This document shows, one piece after another, positions 1-7,869 of a DNA stretch of 57,681 nt. Positions within the stretch are counted from its first letter, which is position 1. The number at the start of each line of letters is the position of its first letter. The notes beneath the pieces are model-generated. The model did not search any database. It saw only the letters and a program-made list of their open reading frames with translations, and was not told the origin of the DNA. Source of the stretch: a virus (Duplodnaviria > Caudoviricetes); IMG/VR virus record IMGVR_UViG_3300047094_000686, positions 1 through 57,681 of that record; one strand, written 5' to 3'. The position numbers and the translations under genes were made by a program.

Positions 1-269
1 TAGGCTCACGCTCTAATTCTTTATTTAATTTGTTATACTATAAGCCTAACAGGGGGGACTGACATTTTGCCTATCACAAATCGGACATGTCGGACATTTC
101 AAAATAAATCTTAGAATAATCGTGTGAGATAAACCACATATGGTCGCTCTATCTGGACAAATCGGACATTTTAAATACGTGGATCATACAAATAAAATCT
201 CTATTAACATTTTGGTAGATATGAATATTATAGTCGACTAGGATTATATATGGTATATAATATACATAT

Positions 270-995
270 ATGAAAATATCTAATCTTGGTCCAAATATTT
301 GGTATTACGAAAATGCAATACCAGAATCTAAAAAATTTATTTCTTTGCTTAATGAAAATAATGATAATGAAAGAATTACATCCATAATTCCTAAATGGTC
401 TACATGGATGGACGGGGGACCTAAGAAAGATGATTACTCCCAGTGGAATCAAATTGGATCTCCTATGGGAGAGGATAAATTTATTGACTGGGATCGTACA
501 TTAAATGGCTTCGGTAAAATTTGGCCAAAGATACAACCTAACTCAGATGCACATACAGAGGCATATGAGATACTTAAGTTAATAGATATACCATTCAATG
601 AGGTAATTGAGCATTATTGGTCTACCCGCCCAAAACTTCCTAAATTAAATTATGTATCTAAAAATTATCCAGTGAGAAAATATAATACTGGAGCTTCCAT
701 GGGGGCACATATAGACATAAATAAATATAGCCCATCTATGGACATATCAATATTAATATATTTAAACGACGATTACACTGGAGGAGAAATATATTTTAAT
801 GATTTAAATTTGAAAATTAAACCAACTGCTGGCTCTATTTTGATTTTCACTTGCAATCATTTACATGAATCTTTACGCATAGAATCTGGAAATAAATTAT
901 ATATACCTATGTTTGTGCATTCTGAATATGGCATAATAACTGGATTTAGAGAAGAATATAGCGCCATGCTTCCACTTATTAAAAATAAAAAATAA
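270..995 (+). CDS. 2OG-Fe(II) oxygenase, prolyl 4-hydroxylase-like
   Basis: HxD motif (GAHID), YLNDDYTGGE motif, distal His (HLHES) and a basic residue (KLY), typical of P4H-like dioxygenases. Confidence 0.85.
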   Translation: MKISNLGPNIWYYENAIPESKKFISLLNENNDNERITSIIPKWSTWMDGGPKKDDYSQWNQIGSPMGEDKFIDWDRTLNGFGKIWPKIQPNSDAHTEAYEILKLIDIPFNEVIEHYWSTRPKLPKLNYVSKNYPVRKYNTGASMGAHIDINKYSPSMDISILIYLNDDYTGGEIYFNDLNLKIKPTAGSILIFTCNHLHESLRIESGNKLYIPMFVHSEYGIITGFREEYSAMLPLIKNKK

Positions 996-1051
996 GCTCT
1001 ACTTTTCGACGCACTTTCAATTTCGCACTATATTTAGTATACTGGACATAT

Positions 1052-1124
1052 TGGTCCATAGCTCAGCTGGCAGAGCGCAGAGCTGTTAACTCTGATGTCC
1101 CAGGTTCGAGCCCTGGTGGACCAG
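1052..1124 (+). tRNA. trnN: tRNA-Asn (GTT)
   Basis: Cloverleaf with acceptor stem TGGTCCA/TGGACCA, D arm GCTC/GAGC, anticodon arm CAGAG-CTGTTAA-CTCTG and T arm CCAGG-TTCGAGC-CCTGG; CCA not encoded. Confidence 0.95.
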
Positions 1125-1127
1125 CAT

Positions 1128-1199
1128 GGCTTCATCGTCTATCGGTTAGGACATCGCCCTTTCACGGCGGAAAGACGGGTTCGATTCCCGTTGAAGCTA
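1128..1199 (+). tRNA. trnE: tRNA-Glu (TTC)
   Basis: Acceptor stem GGCTTCA/TGAAGCT, anticodon arm TCGCC-CTTTCAC-GGCGG and T arm ACGGG-TTCGATT-CCCGT; CCA not encoded. Confidence 0.95.
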
Positions 1200-1218
1200 C
1201 ATTTGATATAATGTCAAT

Positions 1219-1860
1219 ATGAGTATACCTAAAGTAATTTGGCAAACACATGAATGGGAATATTCCGATCTTCCAGAAATATATCTAGAAAATAGTAAAA
1301 AATGGCAACAAGAAAATCTAGACTGGGTCTATAGATATCATAGCTCTAAAGACCGTAGAGACTTTTTACTAAATAATAATTTTTTGCAATCTAAAACTGC
1401 CATTACAAGGTACGATAATATGTTTAAACAGCAACAAGCAGATTTTTGGAGAGTGGCTGTAGTTTATTTAAACGGGGGTGCCTATATAGATATGGATTCT
1501 ATTCCTAAAGGCCAAAACATGCTTGATAAGGCCGTAGTGGACGCAGACTCTTTAGGTACACCATATAGCATAATATGTACTTATGACCCAAATCATTTAG
1601 GTGTAGGGTGTAATAATTCTCATTTTATAGGAAAAACAAAATCTGAGTTTTTAAAAAATTTGTTAGATAAGTATTATATAGGTTTTCATAAAGAATGGGA
1701 TTACGAGCTAGATATACAAATAAAAAGATTAGAATTTATAGTCAACTCAATTAATTTCGGCAGAACAGCTTTATATAGAGATGACGTTGCTTTTACCTTT
1801 GGAGAACTTTATCATGGCGATGAATATAAGCCTGAAAACTGGGAAAGTTTGACAATCTAA
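1219..1860 (+). CDS. Glycosyltransferase, GT32/OCH1-like (DXD sugar-binding)
   Basis: N-terminal IPKVIWQT and ADFWR..VVY..GGAYIDMD (DxD) motifs. Confidence 0.85.
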   Translation: MSIPKVIWQTHEWEYSDLPEIYLENSKKWQQENLDWVYRYHSSKDRRDFLLNNNFLQSKTAITRYDNMFKQQQADFWRVAVVYLNGGAYIDMDSIPKGQNMLDKAVVDADSLGTPYSIICTYDPNHLGVGCNNSHFIGKTKSEFLKNLLDKYYIGFHKEWDYELDIQIKRLEFIVNSINFGRTALYRDDVAFTFGELYHGDEYKPENWESLTI

Positions 1861-1878
1861 TTTTTTAAATGCTACAAT
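1849..1878 (+). promoter_or_regulatory. Sigma70-type promoter upstream of a non-coding region
   Basis: TTGACA (1849-1854), 18-nt spacer, extended -10 TGC-TACAAT (1870-1878). Confidence 0.65.
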
Positions 1879-1883
1879 CTTAG

Positions 1884-2060
1884 CCTTGGACAGTTTTCGG
1901 AGATAATATCAAGGGGTTAAACTCCAAGTGCGACAATGACGGAAGTTATTAGTCTGATGATCTAATCCATAGATTATTCAACCGATGAATTGCAGGCTTA
2001 CAACCTTAAAAGACAATTTCGGGGTCCTTTTACAAAAAAGGGGTGTAGGGGTTGTATGCT
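1884..2060 (+). ncRNA. Candidate structured non-coding RNA
   Basis: Follows a strong promoter and has no plus-strand ORF in the track. Stems: CTTGGA/TCCAAG, and TACAACC/GGTTGTA enclosing a CCTTTT/AAAAGG hairpin. Confidence 0.4.
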
Positions 2061-2132
2061 CCAAATCTGGAAGTATCCAATTAAAAGAACATAATATAAT
2101 AGATTATAATAATATAAAGATATACTTAGATT

Positions 2133-2417
2133 ATGAAGTCGGAGAAGACGACTGATCGTAAACATAAAGCTTTTTTGATAGAATATATCCAAAAGCTAAA
2201 GTCTTCTACTCCTTGTATGGATTGTAAAATTTCTTATCCATACTACGTTATGGATTTTGATCATGTCCGTGGGCGTAAGCAAAAAAATGTAATGGAACTC
2301 ATCCCTACATTATCTAAAAAGAAAATAGATGAGGAAATAGCAAAATGCGAAATAGTGTGTTCAAATTGCCACAGAATCAGAACTCATCGAAGGATAGTAA
2401 AAAAAGCGGGGAAATGA
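2133..2417 (+). CDS. HNH endonuclease-like protein
   Basis: CxxC (CMDC), DFDH, and CEIVCSNCHRIRT motifs. Confidence 0.85.
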   Translation: MKSEKTTDRKHKAFLIEYIQKLKSSTPCMDCKISYPYYVMDFDHVRGRKQKNVMELIPTLSKKKIDEEIAKCEIVCSNCHRIRTHRRIVKKAGK

Positions 2418-2548
2418 GAATTTGGGACTTTGATCTTAGACCAATACCAGTAGATCATGAGACTGATTGGGAATACATTAATAGATGCCATAAGGTCCAT
2501 ATATACGTAGTTGGTCCTAATCCTCCAGCTATATGGTGGAGTATATAA
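2414..2548 (+). CDS. Small hypothetical protein (44 aa, MRIWDFD...)
   Basis: ATG at 2414 overlaps the HNH stop (ATGA), so this start is preferred over 2345. Confidence 0.5.
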   Translation: MRIWDFDLRPIPVDHETDWEYINRCHKVHIYVVGPNPPAIWWSI

Positions 2549-2549
2549 T

Positions 2550-2696
2550 ATGCAACTTTGCCACGTATCAGATCATATTTTTGAAAAAAATTCAGAAAAT
2601 CAGCTATTATGTGTTAACTGCAATGTAGGGTATTTAGATTATTTAAAGGCATTAGATCAAGTAGCTGAATCTTTTAGGCAATCTAAAAAAATCTGA
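2550..2696 (+). CDS. Small hypothetical protein, possibly metal-binding (C..H..CxxC)
   Basis: ATG at 2550 follows the previous stop; contains CVNC. Confidence 0.5.
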   Translation: MQLCHVSDHIFEKNSENQLLCVNCNVGYLDYLKALDQVAESFRQSKKI

Positions 2697-2708
2697 TATA
2701 ATTAATTC

Positions 2709-3341
2709 ATGTCTATATATGATATTTCGCTAAAATCTTGGGATGGTAAAGAAAACATCTTATCAAATTATAAGGGTAAAGTAACCTTAATCACTAATGT
2801 CACTGGAGATTGTGGAAATGCTCCTCAATTTTCTGTAATAGAAACACTATATAAAAAGTACAAAAATGATGGTTTTGAAGTACTAGCTATTCCAACAAAT
2901 GATTATTGTGGTGCAAATTTAACATACGGAGAGCACGTACATGGAACTGAAGATGCTTCGGGAGCTAAAGATTTTGCCGAAAACCTATACAATGTTACAT
3001 ACAATTTTTCTGAACTAATTAGTTCAAATCCAACACCAGAAGAGGTTATTCCTGGTCTAGCTTCAAAATATGGACAAAATCCCGTACACGAAGTATATCA
3101 AGAAATTTTTAATCAAATGGCAGAGTCAGAATATTCCAATAAAAAATATATGTTCGGAAACTTTGAAAAATTTTTATTTGATAAAAATGGAAAATTAATT
3201 AAGCATTACTCTAATGGATCTTTGTTAAATCAAAATTATGAAAATTATTTGATGGGTCTAAGTGATAAGCCTAATGCTGACAGGGCAGATAAAGAATATA
3301 TGCAAATATGCTCAGACATAGAAATGGCGCTAGCTTCTTAA
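2709..3341 (+). CDS. Glutathione peroxidase family protein (Cys-type, divergent)
   Basis: YKGKVTLITNVTGDCGNAPQF, GFEVLAIPTN and NFEKFLFDKNG match the GPx/BtuE blocks. Confidence 0.85.
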   Translation: MSIYDISLKSWDGKENILSNYKGKVTLITNVTGDCGNAPQFSVIETLYKKYKNDGFEVLAIPTNDYCGANLTYGEHVHGTEDASGAKDFAENLYNVTYNFSELISSNPTPEEVIPGLASKYGQNPVHEVYQEIFNQMAESEYSNKKYMFGNFEKFLFDKNGKLIKHYSNGSLLNQNYENYLMGLSDKPNADRADKEYMQICSDIEMALAS

Positions 3342-3361
3342 ATAACCAAGTAATATTCTAG

Positions 3362-3390
3362 TTGACTAAGATATATATTAGATATATAAT
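3362..3390 (+). promoter_or_regulatory. Sigma70-type promoter for a leaderless transcript
   Basis: TTGACT, 17-nt spacer, TATAAT, with ATG 6 nt downstream. Confidence 0.65.
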
Positions 3391-3396
3391 AAATAT

Positions 3397-3480
3397 ATGA
3401 GATCTATTTATCAGAAATTAATAGCAAGTGCTTTAATTATTATGATGGCATACATAGCATTTGCCTACATCTTAGCCTAA
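3397..3480 (+). CDS. 27-aa hydrophobic membrane peptide (not in ORF track)
   Basis: MRSIYQKLIASALIIMMAYIAFAYILA*; starts at the predicted TSS of the promoter at 3362-3390. Confidence 0.55.
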   Translation: MRSIYQKLIASALIIMMAYIAFAYILA

Positions 3481-3624
3481 ATTTAAAATAGCCTTTAAAA
3501 GCCTTCTAAGGCCTATATCCCGATTTTCTGGGTATATAGCTAGGGGTAAGTATGGGTCTTCTACTTCCGCCGCACTGAAATTTTTGCAATTGCACTTATT
3601 GAGAGGATTTAGTATCCTATAACT

Positions 3625-4122
3625 ATGGAACAATATATTAGGGGAGATAAGCCCCTCTGGGAGTATCTAAATGAAGAACCTTATACTATCAGACAAAGAA
3701 TGGCTGAATATTTTTTAGCTGACGAACCGTTGGTAATAGATATAGGTACCTATAAAGTTCCACTTAAGACTAATCAACAATTAATATCTATAGATCCACT
3801 TAAGACTTTTGAGGGTGGATACAATAAGGACGTTAAAACATTTTTAAAAGAAGTAAATCCAATTAATTTTTCATTATCTTGTCTAGGACTAGCTATTGAA
3901 GGTGGTCAAGATCAATGGGATGCATTTATAGAATTATTTAAAAGATCTAAGATATCAGTAGTAGAGTATTCTAGGGATGTGCATGATCATTCGTATTTTG
4001 ATCAAATAGAGACCTTGTGTAATTATAAAAAGGTTTATTTTAAAGCATTTTTAGATATGCCAAATGTTGAGGTTGAAGGTATTAAGCCATACCCTAGAAG
4101 AAAATTTTTAGTTTTTAAATGA
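3625..4122 (+). CDS. Hypothetical protein, possibly a degenerate SAM-methyltransferase-like fold
   Basis: 165-aa ORF; VIDIG and ISIDP resemble SAM-binding motifs I and II, but only weakly. Confidence 0.55.
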   Translation: MEQYIRGDKPLWEYLNEEPYTIRQRMAEYFLADEPLVIDIGTYKVPLKTNQQLISIDPLKTFEGGYNKDVKTFLKEVNPINFSLSCLGLAIEGGQDQWDAFIELFKRSKISVVEYSRDVHDHSYFDQIETLCNYKKVYFKAFLDMPNVEVEGIKPYPRRKFLVFK

Positions 4123-4716
4123 GTATTGTAAGGTTTCTTCTACACTAATAGGTTTAGGTAATTTATTGTATTTTTCAATATATTCAATAATCTTATTATG
4201 ATCTATACCGTAATTTTTTACTATATCCATATCTGTATTGTAAATCTCTTCCATCTGCCAACCCCAAATAACTGAATAGTTGGGTATATTTTTAGATACC
4301 TTAAATATTTCCTTAGACACTTCAGATAATCGAAGTATCTCATAATGATCAATAAATATACAATCGTAAGATTCATCTGATTTACACTCAGAGGCGTCAT
4401 CAATTATTACTTTTACCTTATTAGGCATTTTATTATTTTTTAAAAAGCATTCTATAACATCTGGATATTTTTCTATAACATGCACTTCTGTGACATTATC
4501 TTTAGAGGCTATCCAATCAGACAATACCCCAAAACCAAATCCAGTAAGCAGTACTTTGCCATATGCTAAATCATAGCATGTATAAAGTTGTTCTCTAGAT
4601 ATGTAAGAATCATCAAATCTCATCCATTCTACCCCATCTACTATAAGGGCATAGGATACTTCTTCTCTTTTTATTATTGTATTATTTACTTGCGTTTCAG
4701 CAAAAACAACCGCCAT
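4108..4716 (-). CDS. Class I SAM-dependent methyltransferase / spermidine synthase-like protein
   Basis: KVLLTGFGFG, VHVIEKYPDVI, IIDDA and YDCIFID motifs. Confidence 0.8.
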   Translation of the reverse strand: MAVVFAETQVNNTIIKREEVSYALIVDGVEWMRFDDSYISREQLYTCYDLAYGKVLLTGFGFGVLSDWIASKDNVTEVHVIEKYPDVIECFLKNNKMPNKVKVIIDDASECKSDESYDCIFIDHYEILRLSEVSKEIFKVSKNIPNYSVIWGWQMEEIYNTDMDIVKNYGIDHNKIIEYIEKYNKLPKPISVEETLQYSFKN

Positions 4717-4838
4717 AGTTTTTTTAAAAACCCTTCAAGTTTATTTTGCATTTTAAGCTCAACACTTTCATTTTTATAATGATCTGACTGGAAGTATGGG
4801 CTAAACATTTGATCACTAAAATATCTTCTTGGACTCAT
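4686..4838 (-). CDS. 50-aa hypothetical protein (not in ORF track)
   Basis: MSPRRYFSDQMFSPYFQSDHYKNESVELKMQNKLEGFLKKLWRLFLLKRK*; ATG lies 6 nt after a minus-strand TATAAT (4845-4850). Confidence 0.6.
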   Translation of the reverse strand: MSPRRYFSDQMFSPYFQSDHYKNESVELKMQNKLEGFLKKLWRLFLLKRK

Positions 4839-4864
4839 AATATAATTATACACCAATATAGTAT

Positions 4865-4898
4865 AAAACCCAATCAGAGGCGGATCCGATTGGGTTTT
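4865..4898. terminator. Intrinsic terminator hairpin, possibly bidirectional
   Basis: AAAACCCAATC, 12-nt loop, GATTGGGTTTT: a perfect 11-bp inverted repeat. Confidence 0.75.
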
Positions 4899-4940
4899 GC
4901 TACTTATTGTAGCTACGTAAGGAGCCTAAGCTCGACCTAC
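4865..4940 (-). ncRNA. Candidate small RNA of about 76 nt
   Basis: Bounded by a minus-strand TTGACT-17-TACAAT promoter and the terminator; contains a GAGC-TTAG-GCTC hairpin inside a GTAG/CTAC stem. Confidence 0.45.
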
Positions 4941-4946
4941 AAAATA

Positions 4947-4975
4947 ATTGTATAATTATTATTTTTCAAAGTCAA
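4947..4975 (-). promoter_or_regulatory. Sigma70-type promoter
   Basis: TTGACT (4975-4970), 17-nt spacer, TACAAT (4952-4947) on the minus strand. Confidence 0.6.
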
Positions 4976-4989
4976 TAAGATAAATTAAA

Positions 4990-5793
4990 TTATTCCTTAG
5001 ATATTCTTTCATTCATAAATTTTGTTTTTTCTTCTATAGTATCAGCAAATTTTGGATTTACTTTAAATGGGCTACACCATTCATCTAATTGTTGCTCTGT
5101 AGGATTTTCGTATTTTCCTATTTGTTCTTGCCATTCTGGGCTTCTGTAGTTATAAAACGTTCCAGGATTATCTTCAGCATTTAATGCAAAATTAGAAAAT
5201 ACAAATCTTGTACCAGAAGTTGTTTTTTTAGTTCCATGATCGTAAGGTTTACAAGCGCCATGTAAAACAACATCTCCAGCCTCTGGCTGAACTACAAGAC
5301 AAGGCTCTTCTAGTCTTTCTTTGCTAATATCTGTTCCATTTTTAATGCTTCCATCTGGATTAATATTTGGGTAAAATAATTCTCCCCCTGTAAATTGTCC
5401 AAAATAGGCAGTCATTCCATATTGTAATGAACAACAAGCAGACCAAGTATCTATTTCAAAAATTTCATCTTCTGCACCCATTCCAGGACTGTCGGCATGA
5501 ACAAACATTCCTTCATCGTGAGGCTCTGCAATCATTAAGCTTCTCATTGGATGTATTACAATTTCTGGATGTATCAGCTCAGACATAAATTTCCAAACAA
5601 GAAAAGTGCTTGGCATAGGGGGGCAAACCTTATCTTCATACCAGTTATTTGTACTCCATATATTTTGAGGCATGGTTCTTTGAAAATCTTTTAAATCCTT
5701 ATTAACCTCATTCATAATTTCTTGAGGAATTATATTTTTGTAAATAAATATTCTATCTGATAGTTTAATACATTTTGGATTGTCGTAAAACAT
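4990..5793 (-). CDS. 2OG-Fe(II) oxygenase
   Basis: HAD, FTGGELFYP, YDHG and RF motifs; paralogue of the adjacent gene. Confidence 0.8.
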   Translation of the reverse strand: MFYDNPKCIKLSDRIFIYKNIIPQEIMNEVNKDLKDFQRTMPQNIWSTNNWYEDKVCPPMPSTFLVWKFMSELIHPEIVIHPMRSLMIAEPHDEGMFVHADSPGMGAEDEIFEIDTWSACCSLQYGMTAYFGQFTGGELFYPNINPDGSIKNGTDISKERLEEPCLVVQPEAGDVVLHGACKPYDHGTKKTTSGTRFVFSNFALNAEDNPGTFYNYRSPEWQEQIGKYENPTEQQLDEWCSPFKVNPKFADTIEEKTKFMNERISKE

Positions 5794-5798
5794 TTTAT

Positions 5799-6584
5799 TT
5801 ATTTGATCTCTTGTTCATATTTTTTAATTATTTTTTCAAATTGAGGATTTGCTTTAAGTGGCGTATTCCAATTATTTAATTGATCACTTGTAGGATTCTT
5901 ATATTTTCCTATTTGATCTTCCCATTCAGGAGTTTTATAATTATAAAAAGTTCCTGGGTTATCTATTCCTAATAAAGCAAAAGTAGAAAATGCAACTCTA
6001 ACCCCAGACCTAGTTTCTCTAGTTCCATGGTCATATGGAGAACATGCCCCATGTATGACTATATCCCCAGGTTCTGGTTGAATTTCTAAACAAGGTTCTT
6101 CAAATCTTTCCTTTGTTGACTTACTATCTTTTTTTATCGTTCCATCTGGATTAATGTTTGGATAAAATAATTGACCGCCAGTAAATTCATTAAAATATGC
6201 AATTGCCCCGTATTCTAATTCGCAACAAGTTGTCCATTGATCTATCTCAGAAAGCATATTACAATTTCCTTTTCCTGGACTATCAGAATGTACGAACATT
6301 CCTTCATCTCCAGGCAAATTAACCATAAAACTGGTTACTGGATGTATGACGAGTTCTGGGTAAATTAAATCAGAAATAAATTTCCATACCAAAAAACTAC
6401 TTTTATAAGATTCGGTCATTTTGTCTTTATACCAATCACGGACGCTCCAGTCATTCTGTAAACTTTCTCTTTCATAAGAAGAAAGATCAGAATTAACTAA
6501 ATCCATTATTTCTTTTGGAATTATATTTTTAAATACGTATATTCTGTCTGATAGCTTAGTGCAATTTGGCTTATTATAAAACAT
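5799..6584 (-). CDS. 2OG-Fe(II) oxygenase
   Basis: HSD, FTGGQLFYP, YDHG and RV motifs; paralogue of 4990-5793. Confidence 0.8.
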   Translation of the reverse strand: MFYNKPNCTKLSDRIYVFKNIIPKEIMDLVNSDLSSYERESLQNDWSVRDWYKDKMTESYKSSFLVWKFISDLIYPELVIHPVTSFMVNLPGDEGMFVHSDSPGKGNCNMLSEIDQWTTCCELEYGAIAYFNEFTGGQLFYPNINPDGTIKKDSKSTKERFEEPCLEIQPEPGDIVIHGACSPYDHGTRETRSGVRVAFSTFALLGIDNPGTFYNYKTPEWEDQIGKYKNPTSDQLNNWNTPLKANPQFEKIIKKYEQEIK

Positions 6585-6610
6585 ATAATAATTATACCAC
6601 TTATATATTT

Positions 6611-6796
6611 TTATTTAATAATTGATTTTTCTACTAATCTATCATACATACTTGATGATATTGCTTCAAAAGAAGGTTTTCCTTGTTCTATGTGCTGCTC
6701 AGACTCTTCATCAGAAATTCCAGCATTAGAATATATCAATCTCATATCTTCAATAAAGCCATCAACCATTATTTTTATTACTTCTTCTTTATTCAT
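6611..6796 (-). CDS. Hypothetical protein
   Basis: ORF in the minus-strand operon; start at 6796 has an upstream GGAG (alternative start 6808). Confidence 0.65.
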   Translation of the reverse strand: MNKEEVIKIMVDGFIEDMRLIYSNAGISDEESEQHIEQGKPSFEAISSSMYDRLVEKSIIK

Positions 6797-7010
6797 TTGA
6801 GTCTCCATTTTCTGTTGTCAATGCAGGGGCTGGGCCTAATAAAAATCCCTTTTCATGATACTCTATCAGTTTAGCCACTTCATCCCCATCATCCTTTGAT
6901 GAGTATTTTGCTAATAACGTTAAAACATCGTATATTCTATGTAGCATTATATAATTTACCATAGGCAAATTATCTTCAAGGTTCTTAGATTGATTATTCT
7001 CGTCAGACAT
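6789..7010 (-). CDS. Hypothetical protein
   Basis: Overlapping operon ORF beginning MSDENN. Confidence 0.7.
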   Translation of the reverse strand: MSDENNQSKNLEDNLPMVNYIMLHRIYDVLTLLAKYSSKDDGDEVAKLIEYHEKGFLLGPAPALTTENGDSNE

Positions 7011-7215
7011 TTTTACCAACTCTTTCTTTTATATCGTTATACAATTTTTCTCCAATAAATTTTTTATAGGAGCATGACAAACAATATAAGTATATATTGT
7101 CTTCCAAATCTAAATTAGATTGAAGAAGGCCTTGGTCCATTGGGCATTCAAGCCTAGGCACAAGACCCTCTTCTGATAAAGCTATATATTGAGATACATA
7201 TTGTATCTGTCGCAA
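7003..7215 (-). CDS. Hypothetical zinc-ribbon-like protein
   Basis: CPMD and CLSC motifs. Confidence 0.65.
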   Translation of the reverse strand: MRQIQYVSQYIALSEEGLVPRLECPMDQGLLQSNLDLEDNIYLYCLSCSYKKFIGEKLYNDIKERVGKNV

Positions 7216-7224
7216 AATTGCTCC

Positions 7225-7785
7225 TTAAGCTTTAGGGAATTGATTAATCAACTCCTTGGCCTTTCCTATTGAGTTAGGCCATGATGACCAATCTTTACCG
7301 CCCTTGGTCATATAATACGTTATCTCTGCGTTTGTTACTGGATCAAATAATTCCTTATTTGACACTAAATTGAATTTTTCTAATCTATCTACACCAAGTT
7401 CCCCTAGCATATTAATTTGAAAAATCCCGTAAGATTTATCACCAGTTGATTTGTTGTCGTTTAGAGCAAGCGGTCTTCCGTTAGACTCTACCCTAGCAAC
7501 AGCCCAAGCTGTTTTTAAAGCAATTCCTTCAAATCCCACAGCCCATAATAAATCTTTTAAATCTTCGGCTGCAAGCATTTCAGAATGCTTATAAGTTTCA
7601 TTGCTGAACTTATTTATTATTTCTCTCTTTAGTTGTTTTTCGGTTTTTTGTACCTTCTCAGGCGCAGTTGTTAAAGCTTGACTGATTGTAGGACCAGGCT
7701 GGACTGTAAATAAAAATAATGTTATCATTATAATAACAGTCCAATTATGAACTACATCGCTCAAACTTTGTTTGATTCTCTCCAT
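7225..7785 (-). CDS. Lytic transglycosylase (SLT/lysozyme-like) with an N-terminal membrane anchor
   Basis: AVARVES (catalytic Glu), SYGIFQIN, DPVTNA and DWSSW motifs; hydrophobic N-terminus; AGGAGG RBS 7 nt upstream of 7785. Confidence 0.85.
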   Translation of the reverse strand: MERIKQSLSDVVHNWTVIIMITLFLFTVQPGPTISQALTTAPEKVQKTEKQLKREIINKFSNETYKHSEMLAAEDLKDLLWAVGFEGIALKTAWAVARVESNGRPLALNDNKSTGDKSYGIFQINMLGELGVDRLEKFNLVSNKELFDPVTNAEITYYMTKGGKDWSSWPNSIGKAKELINQFPKA

Positions 7786-7817
7786 TGGCATTCCTCCTTT
7801 AGAGATAACGAACTATA

Positions 7818-7847
7818 ATAGTAGCATTGATTACTTAAGCGTGTCAA
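7818..7847 (-). promoter_or_regulatory. Promoter for the minus-strand operon
   Basis: TTGACA, 18-nt spacer, extended TGC-TACTAT. Confidence 0.6.
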
Positions 7848-7869
7848 CCCAGTTGACCAGAAAGAATTT

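Noticed and set aside
2709-3341. Selenocysteine-containing glutathione peroxidase
   Set aside because: The active-site codon is TGT (Cys) and there is no in-frame TGA.
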